A stretch of DNA of 64,000 bases from the sequence record MF158040; one strand, written 5' to 3'. The stretch comes from Shigella phage Sf13. Below are positions 1-9,606 of this stretch, one piece after another; the stretch's first letter is position 1; each line of letters starts with the position of its first letter. The translations under genes were made by a program, and so were the position numbers. The notes under the pieces are model-generated. The model was not told where the DNA came from. It saw nothing but the letters and a program-made list of their open reading frames with translations, and searched no databases.

Positions 1-246
1 TTCTTTATATGACTTCTGGATTTCTAAATATTGACGTAGAGATAATAAATCAACGAAGGTCATATCAAAAAGTTGGTTGAGTGTTTCTTTACACCCATCC
101 ATACCATAAATAGCAAGCACAAATTTCATCTCATCTGCTTCATCATAAGTTGCCTTTACAGCCCCGTCAGTCAGCGGGGTCTGCATAGAATAACTTAAGC
201 TTCCTGCTGAGAAGTTAGGCTTTTGAAAATGCTTGCCTCGAAAAAA
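1..246 (-). CDS. Partial ORF in -1 frame relative to 195..596; candidate frameshift extension of tail assembly chaperone (gpGT-like); 3' end lies beyond window start
   Basis: Minus-strand -1 frame is open with no stop from the slippery site (plus 240-246; mRNA T_TTT_TTC) to position 1; immediately downstream of the chaperone-like ORF. Confidence 0.4.
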
Positions 247-596
247 CTTCCGAAGTTTGCCTCCAAAGCAAAAGCTAAGAAGTCAATAAATTCACCGTAG
301 TTCGCTTGGAAGTAACTATCAATTTTCAGTGGGAAGTCATTAACTGTCGCCCCCTGAAATAGTGTCTCTGCCATTGCATCAATATCTAGTTCGTCAACCT
401 TTTCAAAGCAAGCTTCAACGAGTTCTTTAAATGGGATTTTAGCTTCACCATCTTTAGAGGTTAAACCAGAGAACATTTGTGCAAATGCTGGTACAACTGC
501 TTTACCAAGTTTCATAGAGATACGGATACCATCTCTTGCTCCAAGAAGAATAATAGTTACCTTCTTGCCGTTAATCATTTTAGTTTCAGTCTTCAT
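195..596 (-). CDS. tail assembly chaperone (gpG-like), 133 aa
   Basis: ORF track; ATG start with AAGGA RBS about 7 nt upstream; sits right after the tail tube gene; slippery heptamer near 3' end. Confidence 0.5.
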   Translation of the reverse strand: MKTETKMINGKKVTIILLGARDGIRISMKLGKAVVPAFAQMFSGLTSKDGEAKIPFKELVEACFEKVDELDIDAMAETLFQGATVNDFPLKIDSYFQANYGEFIDFLAFALEANFGSFFEASIFKSLTSQQEA

Positions 597-621
597 TGTG
601 ATTCCTTAAAAGTTATGCTAT

Positions 622-659
622 AAAAACACAAAAGGGGAAGACCTTTTACAGTCTCCCCC
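622..659 (-). terminator. rho-independent terminator (minus strand) after tail tube gene
   Basis: GC-rich hairpin (GGGGGAGAC...GTCTTCCCC on minus strand) followed by T-rich run. Confidence 0.45.
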
Positions 660-672
660 TTATTAGGATTTG

Positions 673-1119
673 TTAAACGCTTGACGCAGGGATTGTTGAA
701 GTGTAGTCTAACTTCTCACAACCGAAAATCCAAGTTTTCGAGTTCTGGTCACGACCTAATTCAATCTGTGGAAGCTCTTGCAACCAAGCATTAATACCTG
801 TTGCCAGAACTGAACCAGATGGGTCGTAAATTACAAAGTTAGATGAGATATCTTCTTCAAGTTCCATGTCATCTTGTTTAGCTTGAATTGCAGAAAGCAT
901 CTGGTTTGATAGAGAAGTCTGCATTAGCTCAATCTCAATCGTACCTGTCTTGTCTGCATTTCTTGTCAGAGCCACTTGACCACCTGCACCTACAACTTGC
1001 GTAACAAGTGGAGAGTTTCTCTGAAGACGCAAGAATGAGTCTGGTGCAAAACCTTCAATGGCAATGCCATTCCAGCTACAAACTACATCTTTAGGGGAAT
1101 ATTGCTGATACATAGCCAT
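673..1119 (-). CDS. tail tube protein (148 aa)
   Basis: ORF track; size and position directly downstream of sheath gene (myovirus sheath-tube order). Confidence 0.5.
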   Translation of the reverse strand: MAMYQQYSPKDVVCSWNGIAIEGFAPDSFLRLQRNSPLVTQVVGAGGQVALTRNADKTGTIEIELMQTSLSNQMLSAIQAKQDDMELEEDISSNFVIYDPSGSVLATGINAWLQELPQIELGRDQNSKTWIFGCEKLDYTSTIPASSV

Positions 1120-1133
1120 TCCTAATTACTCCT

Positions 1134-2486
1134 TTATTCGTAAGCCACTGTGCCTTTCAAGTCAACATCCAAGATAGCCCCTGCAAGAATACCGTGGAAG
1201 GTAATGTCTTTCAGGATACGTGCTTTCTTATCTGCCAATGCAACTTGTGAGGCTTTAGGAACAGTAACGGTGTAAGTTGACAAAAAGTTTCTGTTAACTG
1301 CTCGCTGAAGAGATGTTTCAATGACCTGACGAATACGGGTAATACCAGTATCATCATAAGTAATCTTACCACCCTTCTGATTAATTAGCAAGTCTCTCAG
1401 AGATGTTTTCAAATCAGATTCAAGCCAATCAACACCACGTACAATATCAATCCATTCACCACCAGAAGTGATACCTCTGCGCACTACAGGAACCCCACCA
1501 TCAAGGTCAATGAAGTTACAGCTACGGGTATCCAAAGCTGACTTCTGAATGCTTGTCAGTGGTCTCTGGTTAGCAGGTTGTAGGGATGCTGCAACACCAG
1601 TTAACTGAGCGTTACCCCAAGCAATTGAACCTGCATCGTATGGAGCACCATATGCAATGTAAGCCATTTCTGGGTAGTCAAACTCGGCTGTGTGATGCCA
1701 CAAGCAAACTGTACGAGTGTACTTGCTCTTAGCTAACTGTGCCGGAACATCTGTTGCAGAGGTCAAATCAGTGCCTTGCAGAGCCTTAACGTCAGCATTA
1801 GCTGTGAAGAAAATCTTCTTACGAGCCTGAATCTCTGAAGCCATTGCCAAGACAAACTGTTGAGTTCTGTCTTCTGCTGAGATGAAGTACCAATCTGTTG
1901 AATATGTTTCAATGGATGCCAGAGCAGCGGAAGCCGTGTCAGCAGTTGTTGCTGCAATAGACGTTGTAGGTGTAATAGATGTTACTTTTACGAAGTCATT
2001 ATCACCAGCTTTAGTAATAATCATCGTCGCAGAAGCACCAGTACCTGTTACACTAGCATTAACACCATCTTTAATTGTTGGGCTTGCTTCAATCTGTGAT
2101 TTAAACTCATTCAAGACAATAAGTGCTGTGTCGTTTTCTTTTGCAGTGTATTGGAATGGCTGAGAAACACCACCACCGATAGCAACTGTCAATGAATATT
2201 CACTTCCTTCAGCCACTGTGTCAGGAATAGAAACAGTATATTGCATAGTTCTTCTACCAATATACAGTTGAGTTACTTTTGGAGTTTGGCTCCATAGCTG
2301 TTTTGCAGCTTTATACGCAGCAGTACTTTCATCAAAGTCTTCAGCTACTTCTGTTAATGAAGTATAACCACGGATTCTTTCTTCAAAGTTATCTGTTGAA
2401 GCAAGGAATAATGGTAAACCAAAACCTTCTCTTGTAGTTCCTGCTGTGTTCAATGTAATATCTACATTAACAATTGGATTCCACAT
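1134..2486 (-). CDS. tail sheath protein (450 aa)
   Basis: ORF track; large structural ORF upstream of tube-like ORF; ATG start verified. Confidence 0.55.
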   Translation of the reverse strand: MWNPIVNVDITLNTAGTTREGFGLPLFLASTDNFEERIRGYTSLTEVAEDFDESTAAYKAAKQLWSQTPKVTQLYIGRRTMQYTVSIPDTVAEGSEYSLTVAIGGGVSQPFQYTAKENDTALIVLNEFKSQIEASPTIKDGVNASVTGTGASATMIITKAGDNDFVKVTSITPTTSIAATTADTASAALASIETYSTDWYFISAEDRTQQFVLAMASEIQARKKIFFTANADVKALQGTDLTSATDVPAQLAKSKYTRTVCLWHHTAEFDYPEMAYIAYGAPYDAGSIAWGNAQLTGVAASLQPANQRPLTSIQKSALDTRSCNFIDLDGGVPVVRRGITSGGEWIDIVRGVDWLESDLKTSLRDLLINQKGGKITYDDTGITRIRQVIETSLQRAVNRNFLSTYTVTVPKASQVALADKKARILKDITFHGILAGAILDVDLKGTVAYE

Positions 2487-3086
2487 TTATTTTACCCCTT
2501 TGGAGTCTACATCTAGATGGATAGTATATTCTGGTGGCTCCTGTCCTTCCTCATAAACCAATTCACCATCCACAATGATACGCTCGATAATACTTCCACG
2601 CTCATCTTTTAATACTGAATTTTTTACAAGGGTTACAACAAGAGGTGCAGAATTTTCAAAATCTGTGTTGAGATAAGTATAATCATTCGGGATAGCCCCT
2701 GTATCAAGTACTGAAGCACCTGTCATGTCAGCTAGATAATCTCTTGTAGTACTCATCTCTAATCTTTGTTTTAGCTCAAGCATAATACTGTGAGCACCTT
2801 TACCATTTACAGTAATCAGTACAGGAATCTGAAAAGCAATTCTATAACAAACTACATCATCTTCCACGAACTTATCAAGAACCCAACCATAAGGTGTGGT
2901 AGCATCTTGACAGTATACTGTAATAAAAGGCTGGTCTGGTTTCAGACCTTTATCATTGGAATTATCTGAAGGGTAAGCCCTAATAACATTTGGCCTGTTA
3001 TTCTTGTCTCTCGCTAAACGGTGACCAATAACATCAACCAAAACTCGGACAATACCTTTCTCAAGTTCTGCTGTTTCTAACTGCAT
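2487..3086 (-). CDS. virion structural protein (tail completion/neck candidate)
   Basis: ORF track; ATG start; in morphogenesis gene string between head and sheath genes. Confidence 0.4.
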   Translation of the reverse strand: MQLETAELEKGIVRVLVDVIGHRLARDKNNRPNVIRAYPSDNSNDKGLKPDQPFITVYCQDATTPYGWVLDKFVEDDVVCYRIAFQIPVLITVNGKGAHSIMLELKQRLEMSTTRDYLADMTGASVLDTGAIPNDYTYLNTDFENSAPLVVTLVKNSVLKDERGSIIERIIVDGELVYEEGQEPPEYTIHLDVDSKGVK

Positions 3087-3462
3087 TCATCTTATCCCTT
3101 CTAATAATGATATACTCATAATGGGATGTGTGAGCTAATTGTTCAGACCAATCCATTGTCATAAAGACTTCGTATTCGTGTCCCTTAATCATGACAATAT
3201 CAGCTTCAGTCCAATCAACATCATCAGACGTTCTTAACTCAGCTACAGTGAAAAGGATTCTTGTATCTGTCAGTCTGATACCTTCAGGTAAAACAATCTG
3301 TGTACCATTCTTTACAGAACCCTTAATATAAGGTTGAATATTACCTTTGCAGTTAATTGATACAATATCCTGTGAAGCTACCCAATCACCATCTTCATTG
3401 TAATGACCATCTTCAGATACCTTTCTTTTAACTACAAAGCTGTGTCTATTTAAGAGTCTCAT
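3061..3462 (-). CDS. virion structural protein (hypothetical)
   Basis: ORF track; ATGA start/stop overlap with upstream gene suggests translational coupling. Confidence 0.4.
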   Translation of the reverse strand: MRLLNRHSFVVKRKVSEDGHYNEDGDWVASQDIVSINCKGNIQPYIKGSVKNGTQIVLPEGIRLTDTRILFTVAELRTSDDVDWTEADIVMIKGHEYEVFMTMDWSEQLAHTSHYEYIIIRRDKMNAVRNSRT

Positions 3463-3941
3463 TTTTTAATACCTTTCTTAGTAGAAATTTTATAAGCAAG
3501 GTTATCTCGTAAATCTCCAGTTTCTACAAGAGGGGCATTGAAGCCTTTCTTTTTAACTGTAGATGGAGCGTTAGGAGGCAATATAGCCGTATTACCAAAA
3601 CCTCTTTTAATTGCTTTCTGAGCACTCTTTGCAAATGCTTCTAAAGTATCTGAGGGGTCAGTATTAAGACTGTTTAATTGCTTATAGAGATTCTTCTTAG
3701 TCTGCTCTAACAAGGTCTGTCTGTGTAACATCATAGTAATTTCAAACAACCTACGATATACTTTACCTGAAGCTGCTGGTACACCAATAACTTCATGCAA
3801 GTACATTAAAGCAGAGTAAGAAAAACCAGAGCTATGTTGACCTTGTTCCTGAAAATACCCAACTTGAGCATTAGCCGTATGCAAGTTCTTCATAGCCCCG
3901 ACTAATTTAGCTCTAGCGGGGTGAATAACCCTTTTAACCAT
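3459..3941 (-). CDS. virion structural protein (hypothetical)
   Basis: ORF track; start overlaps stop of upstream gene. Confidence 0.4.
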   Translation of the reverse strand: MVKRVIHPARAKLVGAMKNLHTANAQVGYFQEQGQHSSGFSYSALMYLHEVIGVPAASGKVYRRLFEITMMLHRQTLLEQTKKNLYKQLNSLNTDPSDTLEAFAKSAQKAIKRGFGNTAILPPNAPSTVKKKGFNAPLVETGDLRDNLAYKISTKKGIKK

Positions 3942-4390
3942 TATTCATCTCGCTCGATAATAAATACACCATTGACACGTTCACAGTAATCTCTACCGTA
4001 GTATCTAACAGCATCGCCATATTCAGTATATTTCTTGACAGAGCAAGGATTTTGACGACGCATGTCAATATCACACTGGTTAATACCACCCGCATAAGGG
4101 AGGCCACTAACAGAGCTTTTAACTAGGTCGTCATAGACAGCTTTCAGAGATTTGAATCTGGAAGAGTTTCGTAAATAAACACCACCAACTTTCTCATCTC
4201 CCATCTTGGCTACTTGAAAGAGTAAATATTTAAGAGCTTTGATGGCTGCTTTCTTTTCATCCTTTCCAGATTCTTGGTAGAACCACTCTAGCACCGATTG
4301 GTCAATGAGGATTTCATTGTTGTCAGTATCGGTGCAGAGGATTCGAACTCTATCAAGAGGGTTATTAGCGGGGTCGCCTGTATAACACAT
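3941..4390 (-). CDS. head completion/connector candidate (hypothetical)
   Basis: ORF track; immediately downstream of major capsid gene. Confidence 0.4.
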   Translation of the reverse strand: MCYTGDPANNPLDRVRILCTDTDNNEILIDQSVLEWFYQESGKDEKKAAIKALKYLLFQVAKMGDEKVGGVYLRNSSRFKSLKAVYDDLVKSSVSGLPYAGGINQCDIDMRRQNPCSVKKYTEYGDAVRYYGRDYCERVNGVFIIERDE

Positions 4391-4412
4391 TTATAACCCT
4401 CCTTTCAAGTTA

Positions 4413-5516
4413 TTACTCAGCGTCTGAACGAACGTCAACAAGCAGTTGAGGACGTGTGCAGTATGGCAGCATGTAAGAGTGGGCTTCGAAGTCAATACCT
4501 TCGTCACGGTCTTTCTCATATTCGAACACATACAGTTCCTGACCCAGAGTGTTTGCATAACCCATCTTAGGACATGGAGCGTAAGCAACTTCGAAGATGT
4601 TGTTAGCTTCACCCAACATTGCTACGTTAGGGAATGCGTGACCTACACCAACATTAGTATCAGATACACCATCAATGCTAACCAGAGTATGAGTCTTGCC
4701 ACGCTTGTCTTTGAACTTACCGTTGTACTGTACGAATACAACACCACCGTAGTAGAAACGGTTCATGTGAGCCTGAACACCGTCAGTACCACCAGTTCTC
4801 AGAGAACCAGTAATCTGTTGCCAAGCCAGCGGAGTCTGTTGTGCAAGGTATGCGTCACGAATCTTAGGATGCTTGATAAGCTTGCTGAAGAAAGTTCTGT
4901 CAACAACGATGTGAATTTCTTCACCGTTGATTACAGTACCCGTCTTAGCTTCATCTTCCATGTGCATACGCAGGTCTTCGATGTGTGCATCGATATCAGA
5001 GTTCGGGTTGTCCAAGTCGAAGTAGATAGTCTTCTTAGTTACATCAAACTGCTTGTACAGGTCTGCGTACAGAACACCGTTAGCGTCGATAACTTTACCC
5101 TTCAGAGCTTGCATAAACAAGAACTCACGAGTAATATCAAACTTGGTACGAATCTTCATCAGCTTCTTAGCACGTACAACTGCTTCAGTAGTCAGTTCAT
5201 TTGCAGTGCCTGGCTGACGAACACCCTGAATCTCATCAGGAGTGATGCTTTCAACTTCCTTGAAGTACATCATCGGGAAGCTAATCTGACGAACACGCTC
5301 AGGAGCGCTAGTCTCAGCTTTACGGCTGGTACGGTCTACCGCATCCAGTAAGCTGATATCCCAATCAGTCAAGTCCATCAGGAAAGTAGTCTGTGTTTGT
5401 GGAGCAGAACGGAACAGTCCCAGACCAGAGATATATCCGTAAGTATTTGGAATAGACTGGACTTCACCAGTTAAGTCAGCAAGGAAAAATCTGCTTTTTT
5501 CAGAATTAGTCAACAT
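4413..5516 (-). CDS. major capsid protein (367 aa)
   Basis: ORF track; size and position downstream of protease/scaffold and decoration-like gene; ATG start. Confidence 0.55.
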   Translation of the reverse strand: MLTNSEKSRFFLADLTGEVQSIPNTYGYISGLGLFRSAPQTQTTFLMDLTDWDISLLDAVDRTSRKAETSAPERVRQISFPMMYFKEVESITPDEIQGVRQPGTANELTTEAVVRAKKLMKIRTKFDITREFLFMQALKGKVIDANGVLYADLYKQFDVTKKTIYFDLDNPNSDIDAHIEDLRMHMEDEAKTGTVINGEEIHIVVDRTFFSKLIKHPKIRDAYLAQQTPLAWQQITGSLRTGGTDGVQAHMNRFYYGGVVFVQYNGKFKDKRGKTHTLVSIDGVSDTNVGVGHAFPNVAMLGEANNIFEVAYAPCPKMGYANTLGQELYVFEYEKDRDEGIDFEAHSYMLPYCTRPQLLVDVRSDAE

Positions 5517-5547
5517 TGTAAAATTCTCCAGAATGTCTTATTATTAA

Positions 5548-5925
5548 TTACAGGCCAGTTGGGACGAAATCAATACCTTTCGCCTTAAGAGCAGACTTGA
5601 CAGCAGCAGCATCAACACTATCTGCCAGAGTTAGCATGTCTTTCAGTTCAGCGTCACGGTAAATACCAACAACTTTTAACTGACCGTGGTAAGACAGTTG
5701 TAGGTCTGCGTAGAAGTTAACGATACATACAGAATCTGCCTGAGCTTCTTCACCTGCTGCGACTTTAGTACCATCAGCTTTCAGAACTTCACCTACACGA
5801 TACTCAGTGCTGGCTACTGGAGCGTACTCTTTACGAGAGTGACCAGTTGGTGTAATCTGTTCCCAAAGGATGATATCGTTCAGAGGTTCTCTGTTACCTA
5901 ATTTAGTAAAACCTTGATATGCCAT
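5548..5925 (-). CDS. head decoration protein candidate (125 aa)
   Basis: ORF track; small ORF between prohead protease and major capsid gene, typical position of lambda gpD-like decoration proteins. Confidence 0.35.
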   Translation of the reverse strand: MAYQGFTKLGNREPLNDIILWEQITPTGHSRKEYAPVASTEYRVGEVLKADGTKVAAGEEAQADSVCIVNFYADLQLSYHGQLKVVGIYRDAELKDMLTLADSVDAAAVKSALKAKGIDFVPTGL

Positions 5926-5937
5926 TATTTGTGTTCC

Positions 5938-7284
5938 TTATTTGATAAGAGTTTTCAAAGCATTCTGGAGAGCCAGTTTGCGTTGGTCAGCGTTAGCATT
6001 AGCATTTGCTTCTGGAGCGGTGTCTTTACCGTCATCCACTTCTGCTTCGCCGTCATTGCCAAGTTCTTCCATAGCGTTTGAGTGTTCCAGAACAGCACCA
6101 GCAGTTTCTTTCAGCTTAGTGATTTCAGAATCCTTCTCAGACATGGCAGAAGCGTGGGACGCGATAGTTTCATTAAGTTTCTGGTTAGCACCTTCCATAG
6201 CATTCATAAACAGAACACTCAGAGGGTTGTCAAGACCAGCACCTAAAATAGTTGTTGCAGCTTCTTTTGCATCAAACCCAAAAGCTTCAGCAGATGCAGA
6301 AATCTTACCAGTTAAATCTGTAAGAACTGTTTCCTGTTCCTTAGCTTTCATTTGAGCAACCTGAAGACGCAGAGCTTCTAGTTCTTGCTTTTCTTGTTCA
6401 GTCATTTCTTCACCTGAATTGTTTGTGTTTAAACTTACAGGAGCTTCTTCAGAACCTTGTAAGTAATTTAAGAAATCATCTTGAGACATGATAGAGTTAA
6501 TTAAACCAAGTTCAAGAGCTTCCTGAGCAGAATAAACATTCGCCTCAGTATTCTTTACAGCTTCTTCAGAGATATTACGCGAGTCTGCAACAAAACTAGT
6601 AAAAGTCTTGTAAGTGTCATCAATTCTCTTTTGAAGTCTATTCTTGCTTTCTTCTGATAATGCTTGGAATGGGGAACCCATACCTTTAAATTCACCAGCT
6701 TTAATAACGTTAATAGTTACGCCATTCTTTTCAAATGCTTTAGTTAATTCTTGGTGAACCATAATCACACCAATTGAACCAACATCTGCATCTGGTGATG
6801 CAATAATTTCTTCAGCGGAAGATGCAAGAGCGTATGCAGCAGAGCAAGCAAACTCATCTACATAAGCAATAATTTTCTTTTGGCCTCTTGAAGCCATGAT
6901 GTGACGTGCCAACTCAAAACAACCTGACGCTTCACCACCACCTGAATCAACGTGCAGCACGATAGTCTTAATAGACTCATCTGCTAGGGCTTCGTCAAAG
7001 CCTCTGCGTAAACCTTCATAAGAACTTAGTCCACCAGTACACATTGCATCCATGAAGGTCATACGATGTGTTAGGCCACCCATAATAGGGATGATAGCAA
7101 TGTCTTCTTTAACTTTTAAAAGACTTCTTGCTTCACCTTTTGGCTTATCGAAGTTTACTGCTGCTTGTACCTCACCTAACAAGCGGTTATTAACATAAGT
7201 CGCTGCTGAGTGGGCTAATGATTCTGTAGCTAGTAAAGGTTGGTTGAATAATCTGTCAGCAAGTCTGAAGATATTCGAACTCAT
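5938..7284 (-). CDS. prohead protease (S49/ClpP-like) fused to scaffold-like coiled-coil region
   Basis: N-terminal S49 peptidase-like motifs (VLHVDSGGGEASG, KKIIAYVDEFACSAAYALASSA); C-terminal Glu/Lys/Ala-rich coiled-coil. Confidence 0.6.
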   Translation of the reverse strand: MSSNIFRLADRLFNQPLLATESLAHSAATYVNNRLLGEVQAAVNFDKPKGEARSLLKVKEDIAIIPIMGGLTHRMTFMDAMCTGGLSSYEGLRRGFDEALADESIKTIVLHVDSGGGEASGCFELARHIMASRGQKKIIAYVDEFACSAAYALASSAEEIIASPDADVGSIGVIMVHQELTKAFEKNGVTINVIKAGEFKGMGSPFQALSEESKNRLQKRIDDTYKTFTSFVADSRNISEEAVKNTEANVYSAQEALELGLINSIMSQDDFLNYLQGSEEAPVSLNTNNSGEEMTEQEKQELEALRLQVAQMKAKEQETVLTDLTGKISASAEAFGFDAKEAATTILGAGLDNPLSVLFMNAMEGANQKLNETIASHASAMSEKDSEITKLKETAGAVLEHSNAMEELGNDGEAEVDDGKDTAPEANANANADQRKLALQNALKTLIK

Positions 7285-7295
7285 TTTTACTCACC

Positions 7296-7628
7296 CTATT
7301 TATTTAAGTCAATGGATACTGAAGAGATAACATAAATTCCTTCTTCAGCAAAGAACTGAGGGCTACTTAGAGCACCTGTTGCCACGCACTTAGAGTTGTC
7401 ATCCCATAAGCTAAAATGAGAAACTGTAGCAGAAGCCGGAACAGTAATATTAACTGTGTCTTCTGAAGCAATTAATCCATTATTAGGTTCTGAGAAGAAG
7501 ATAGCCACTGGCTGAGTAACCTTGTTTGCTGTAGGGTCTGCCGTTGGGTCTACATTGTGTAATACAATAGTTGTCGGGGTTAGTGTGGCTAGGATTTTAT
7601 TCTTACCATCAATCGTTAATGTTCCCAT
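7296..7628 (-). CDS. hypothetical head protein
   Basis: ORF track; ATG start; within head module. Confidence 0.4.
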   Translation of the reverse strand: MGTLTIDGKNKILATLTPTTIVLHNVDPTADPTANKVTQPVAIFFSEPNNGLIASEDTVNITVPASATVSHFSLWDDNSKCVATGALSSPQFFAEEGIYVISSVSIDLNK

Positions 7629-8128
7629 TAATTAAACCTTACTTTTTGTTTAAGGATTGTTGAATGGTTACCAGATTCATCTACCACATTTACAATCATA
7701 TCATAAACTTTACCTTTGACAAGTACTTTGTAATCATTTTGTGAAAAAATGTACTCAAGTCTGTTAGACTCTTTATTTACTGTCATTGGAGATTGGAATG
7801 CTGTATCAATGGTAATGAATGCAGCTTCAACACTATTAACGTTAACACGTTTATTCTCACAGTTATATAACTTTACACCCAAAAGGCATGAACTGTCAAA
7901 TGGAATTTTAACAATTTCGTTACAATTGTTTGAAATAAACTGTTTTCCGCTCATTGGAGCATCAAGTAACCTGCAAATAGTGAAAACGTCAGAGGTTCCA
8001 CCATCACTAATATACCCTGAAAGGCTGACCCTTGAGCCAGCCTCTACAGTTAATTCATCAGTGATAATTAAGACACCTCTATAAGAATGCACTCGCGTAG
8101 CATTGGAAATAGAGATAACTTCTGCCAT
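7628..8128 (-). CDS. hypothetical head protein
   Basis: ORF track; start abuts portal gene stop. Confidence 0.4.
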   Translation of the reverse strand: MAEVISISNATRVHSYRGVLIITDELTVEAGSRVSLSGYISDGGTSDVFTICRLLDAPMSGKQFISNNCNEIVKIPFDSSCLLGVKLYNCENKRVNVNSVEAAFITIDTAFQSPMTVNKESNRLEYIFSQNDYKVLVKGKVYDMIVNVVDESGNHSTILKQKVRFN

Positions 8129-9594
8129 TATTTGTTTGCCTTATTAGCTGTGCTTGGGTCTTTAGCTGAAGGAGTTTTAGCAGTCCCTTCTCCAGCAGTT
8201 TGATAACCATCACCAGAACGACTTTGAGTGTTTGGAGATAGTTTCTCAGATACTGGTTTAGACTCATCAGCAGGTTCAAGGTCAAGATATTCTCTAAGCT
8301 TGTCAGATAATGGTTTGTCAACTTCCAGAGCACCAACTGCAACTGTCTTCTGAATGAATGATGCAATAGCTTCAAGGTCTGGTGTCTCAATATCATCATA
8401 CACAATTTCTACGTGTTCTTCATCATCCCACATATTTAGTGCATAAGTCTGAGCAACCAAATCACGGTTAATTACATTCTTCACTTGCTTCAGAAGAATA
8501 TCAACTGACATTGCCAGTAAGCTTGTCTTAGAATCTGCCAGAGAGAATGAGCCATACTTTGACTGTCCCATAGCAAGAACATCAGACATAAACGCCATCA
8601 TAATTTGCTTAGAGTATCTATCAATGATAGAACCTGTATCATAAGCTTTAGCGCCCTGTCGAGAAACTAATGAGAACTCAAAGATATCTTCTTTAGTTTC
8701 TGGGTCGATAAATCTAGGCCAAATTAAACCTGCTCTGTCATTAGCAATTAAATCATTTACTACTTCTTGGCAGTATTTAACAAAAGCTTTCTTTTCAGGT
8801 TCTGCATCTTCACCTAAGTAATCAGGTGGAAGACCAATCTTTGGCATACCTACTAAGTCTCTGGAAACACCAACTGCTTCAAACTCTTCAATTTGAACTT
8901 TGTATTTCCAAGGAACATAAGCATTAAGCAATGGTGAACGTCCCTCTGGGTTACCGTATTCATCGTCATACTTGAACAATAAGAATTTACTTCTGGGAAG
9001 CTTTCTTGTCAATGGTTGTTCACCAAGATTAATTGCTCCTGCAATATGGGAAACATTACGCAGGTTCTGTCTAACACCAATAACTTTTCTATAGTCAGAG
9101 TCAAAGTACCATTTGTCTAATGTAGTCTGATTACGGATTGGTAATTTAGCCCAACCAATTAAACCATCATTATATTTTGAAGGGTACTTACCTTTCTTAC
9201 CTTGACGTTTCTTATAAACTTTCTCGTTTACACAGAAACCGTAAGTACAGAATGACATTACAGAGTTAATAAAGTCAGCCCAATCGTGCTCCATGTCATT
9301 CATTAGTGAGTTAAAGAAATTAGCCCTTTCAATCATCTTGGCATCTTTCTCTTTTCCCTTCGGTGGTACGAATCTCCAGTTAACCTTTCTGACAAACATC
9401 TTAATAATATTTACAGAGGCTGCTACTGAAGGGTCTCTCATCATAAGTTGGAAAGTCTTAATACTTTCTGGGAATCTTAAAGCCTGTCTAGGTTCTTCAT
9501 AGATTCTTCCTGAGCGAACTTTAAGGCCAAGACTCCCAACCTCACCCATTCTGAATGGAGGAAGGCTTTCTTGTGTTTCTGTGATATCTGCCAT
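8128..9594 (-). CDS. portal protein (488 aa)
   Basis: ORF track; size and position immediately downstream of large terminase. Confidence 0.55.
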   Translation of the reverse strand: MADITETQESLPPFRMGEVGSLGLKVRSGRIYEEPRQALRFPESIKTFQLMMRDPSVAASVNIIKMFVRKVNWRFVPPKGKEKDAKMIERANFFNSLMNDMEHDWADFINSVMSFCTYGFCVNEKVYKKRQGKKGKYPSKYNDGLIGWAKLPIRNQTTLDKWYFDSDYRKVIGVRQNLRNVSHIAGAINLGEQPLTRKLPRSKFLLFKYDDEYGNPEGRSPLLNAYVPWKYKVQIEEFEAVGVSRDLVGMPKIGLPPDYLGEDAEPEKKAFVKYCQEVVNDLIANDRAGLIWPRFIDPETKEDIFEFSLVSRQGAKAYDTGSIIDRYSKQIMMAFMSDVLAMGQSKYGSFSLADSKTSLLAMSVDILLKQVKNVINRDLVAQTYALNMWDDEEHVEIVYDDIETPDLEAIASFIQKTVAVGALEVDKPLSDKLREYLDLEPADESKPVSEKLSPNTQSRSGDGYQTAGEGTAKTPSAKDPSTANKANK

Positions 9595-9606
9595 TCTTTC
9601 TACCTA

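Noticed and set aside
1882-2163. Plus-strand ORF inside the sheath gene, and similar antisense ORFs at 5942..6355, 7749..8084, 9674..10143, 16544..16878 and others
   Set aside because: All are embedded antisense in longer, better-supported minus-strand genes and lack ribosome-binding sites.
4446-5351. 301-aa plus-strand ORF
   Set aside because: Lies entirely antisense within the major capsid gene; Cys/Val-rich low-complexity translation; typical antisense artefact.
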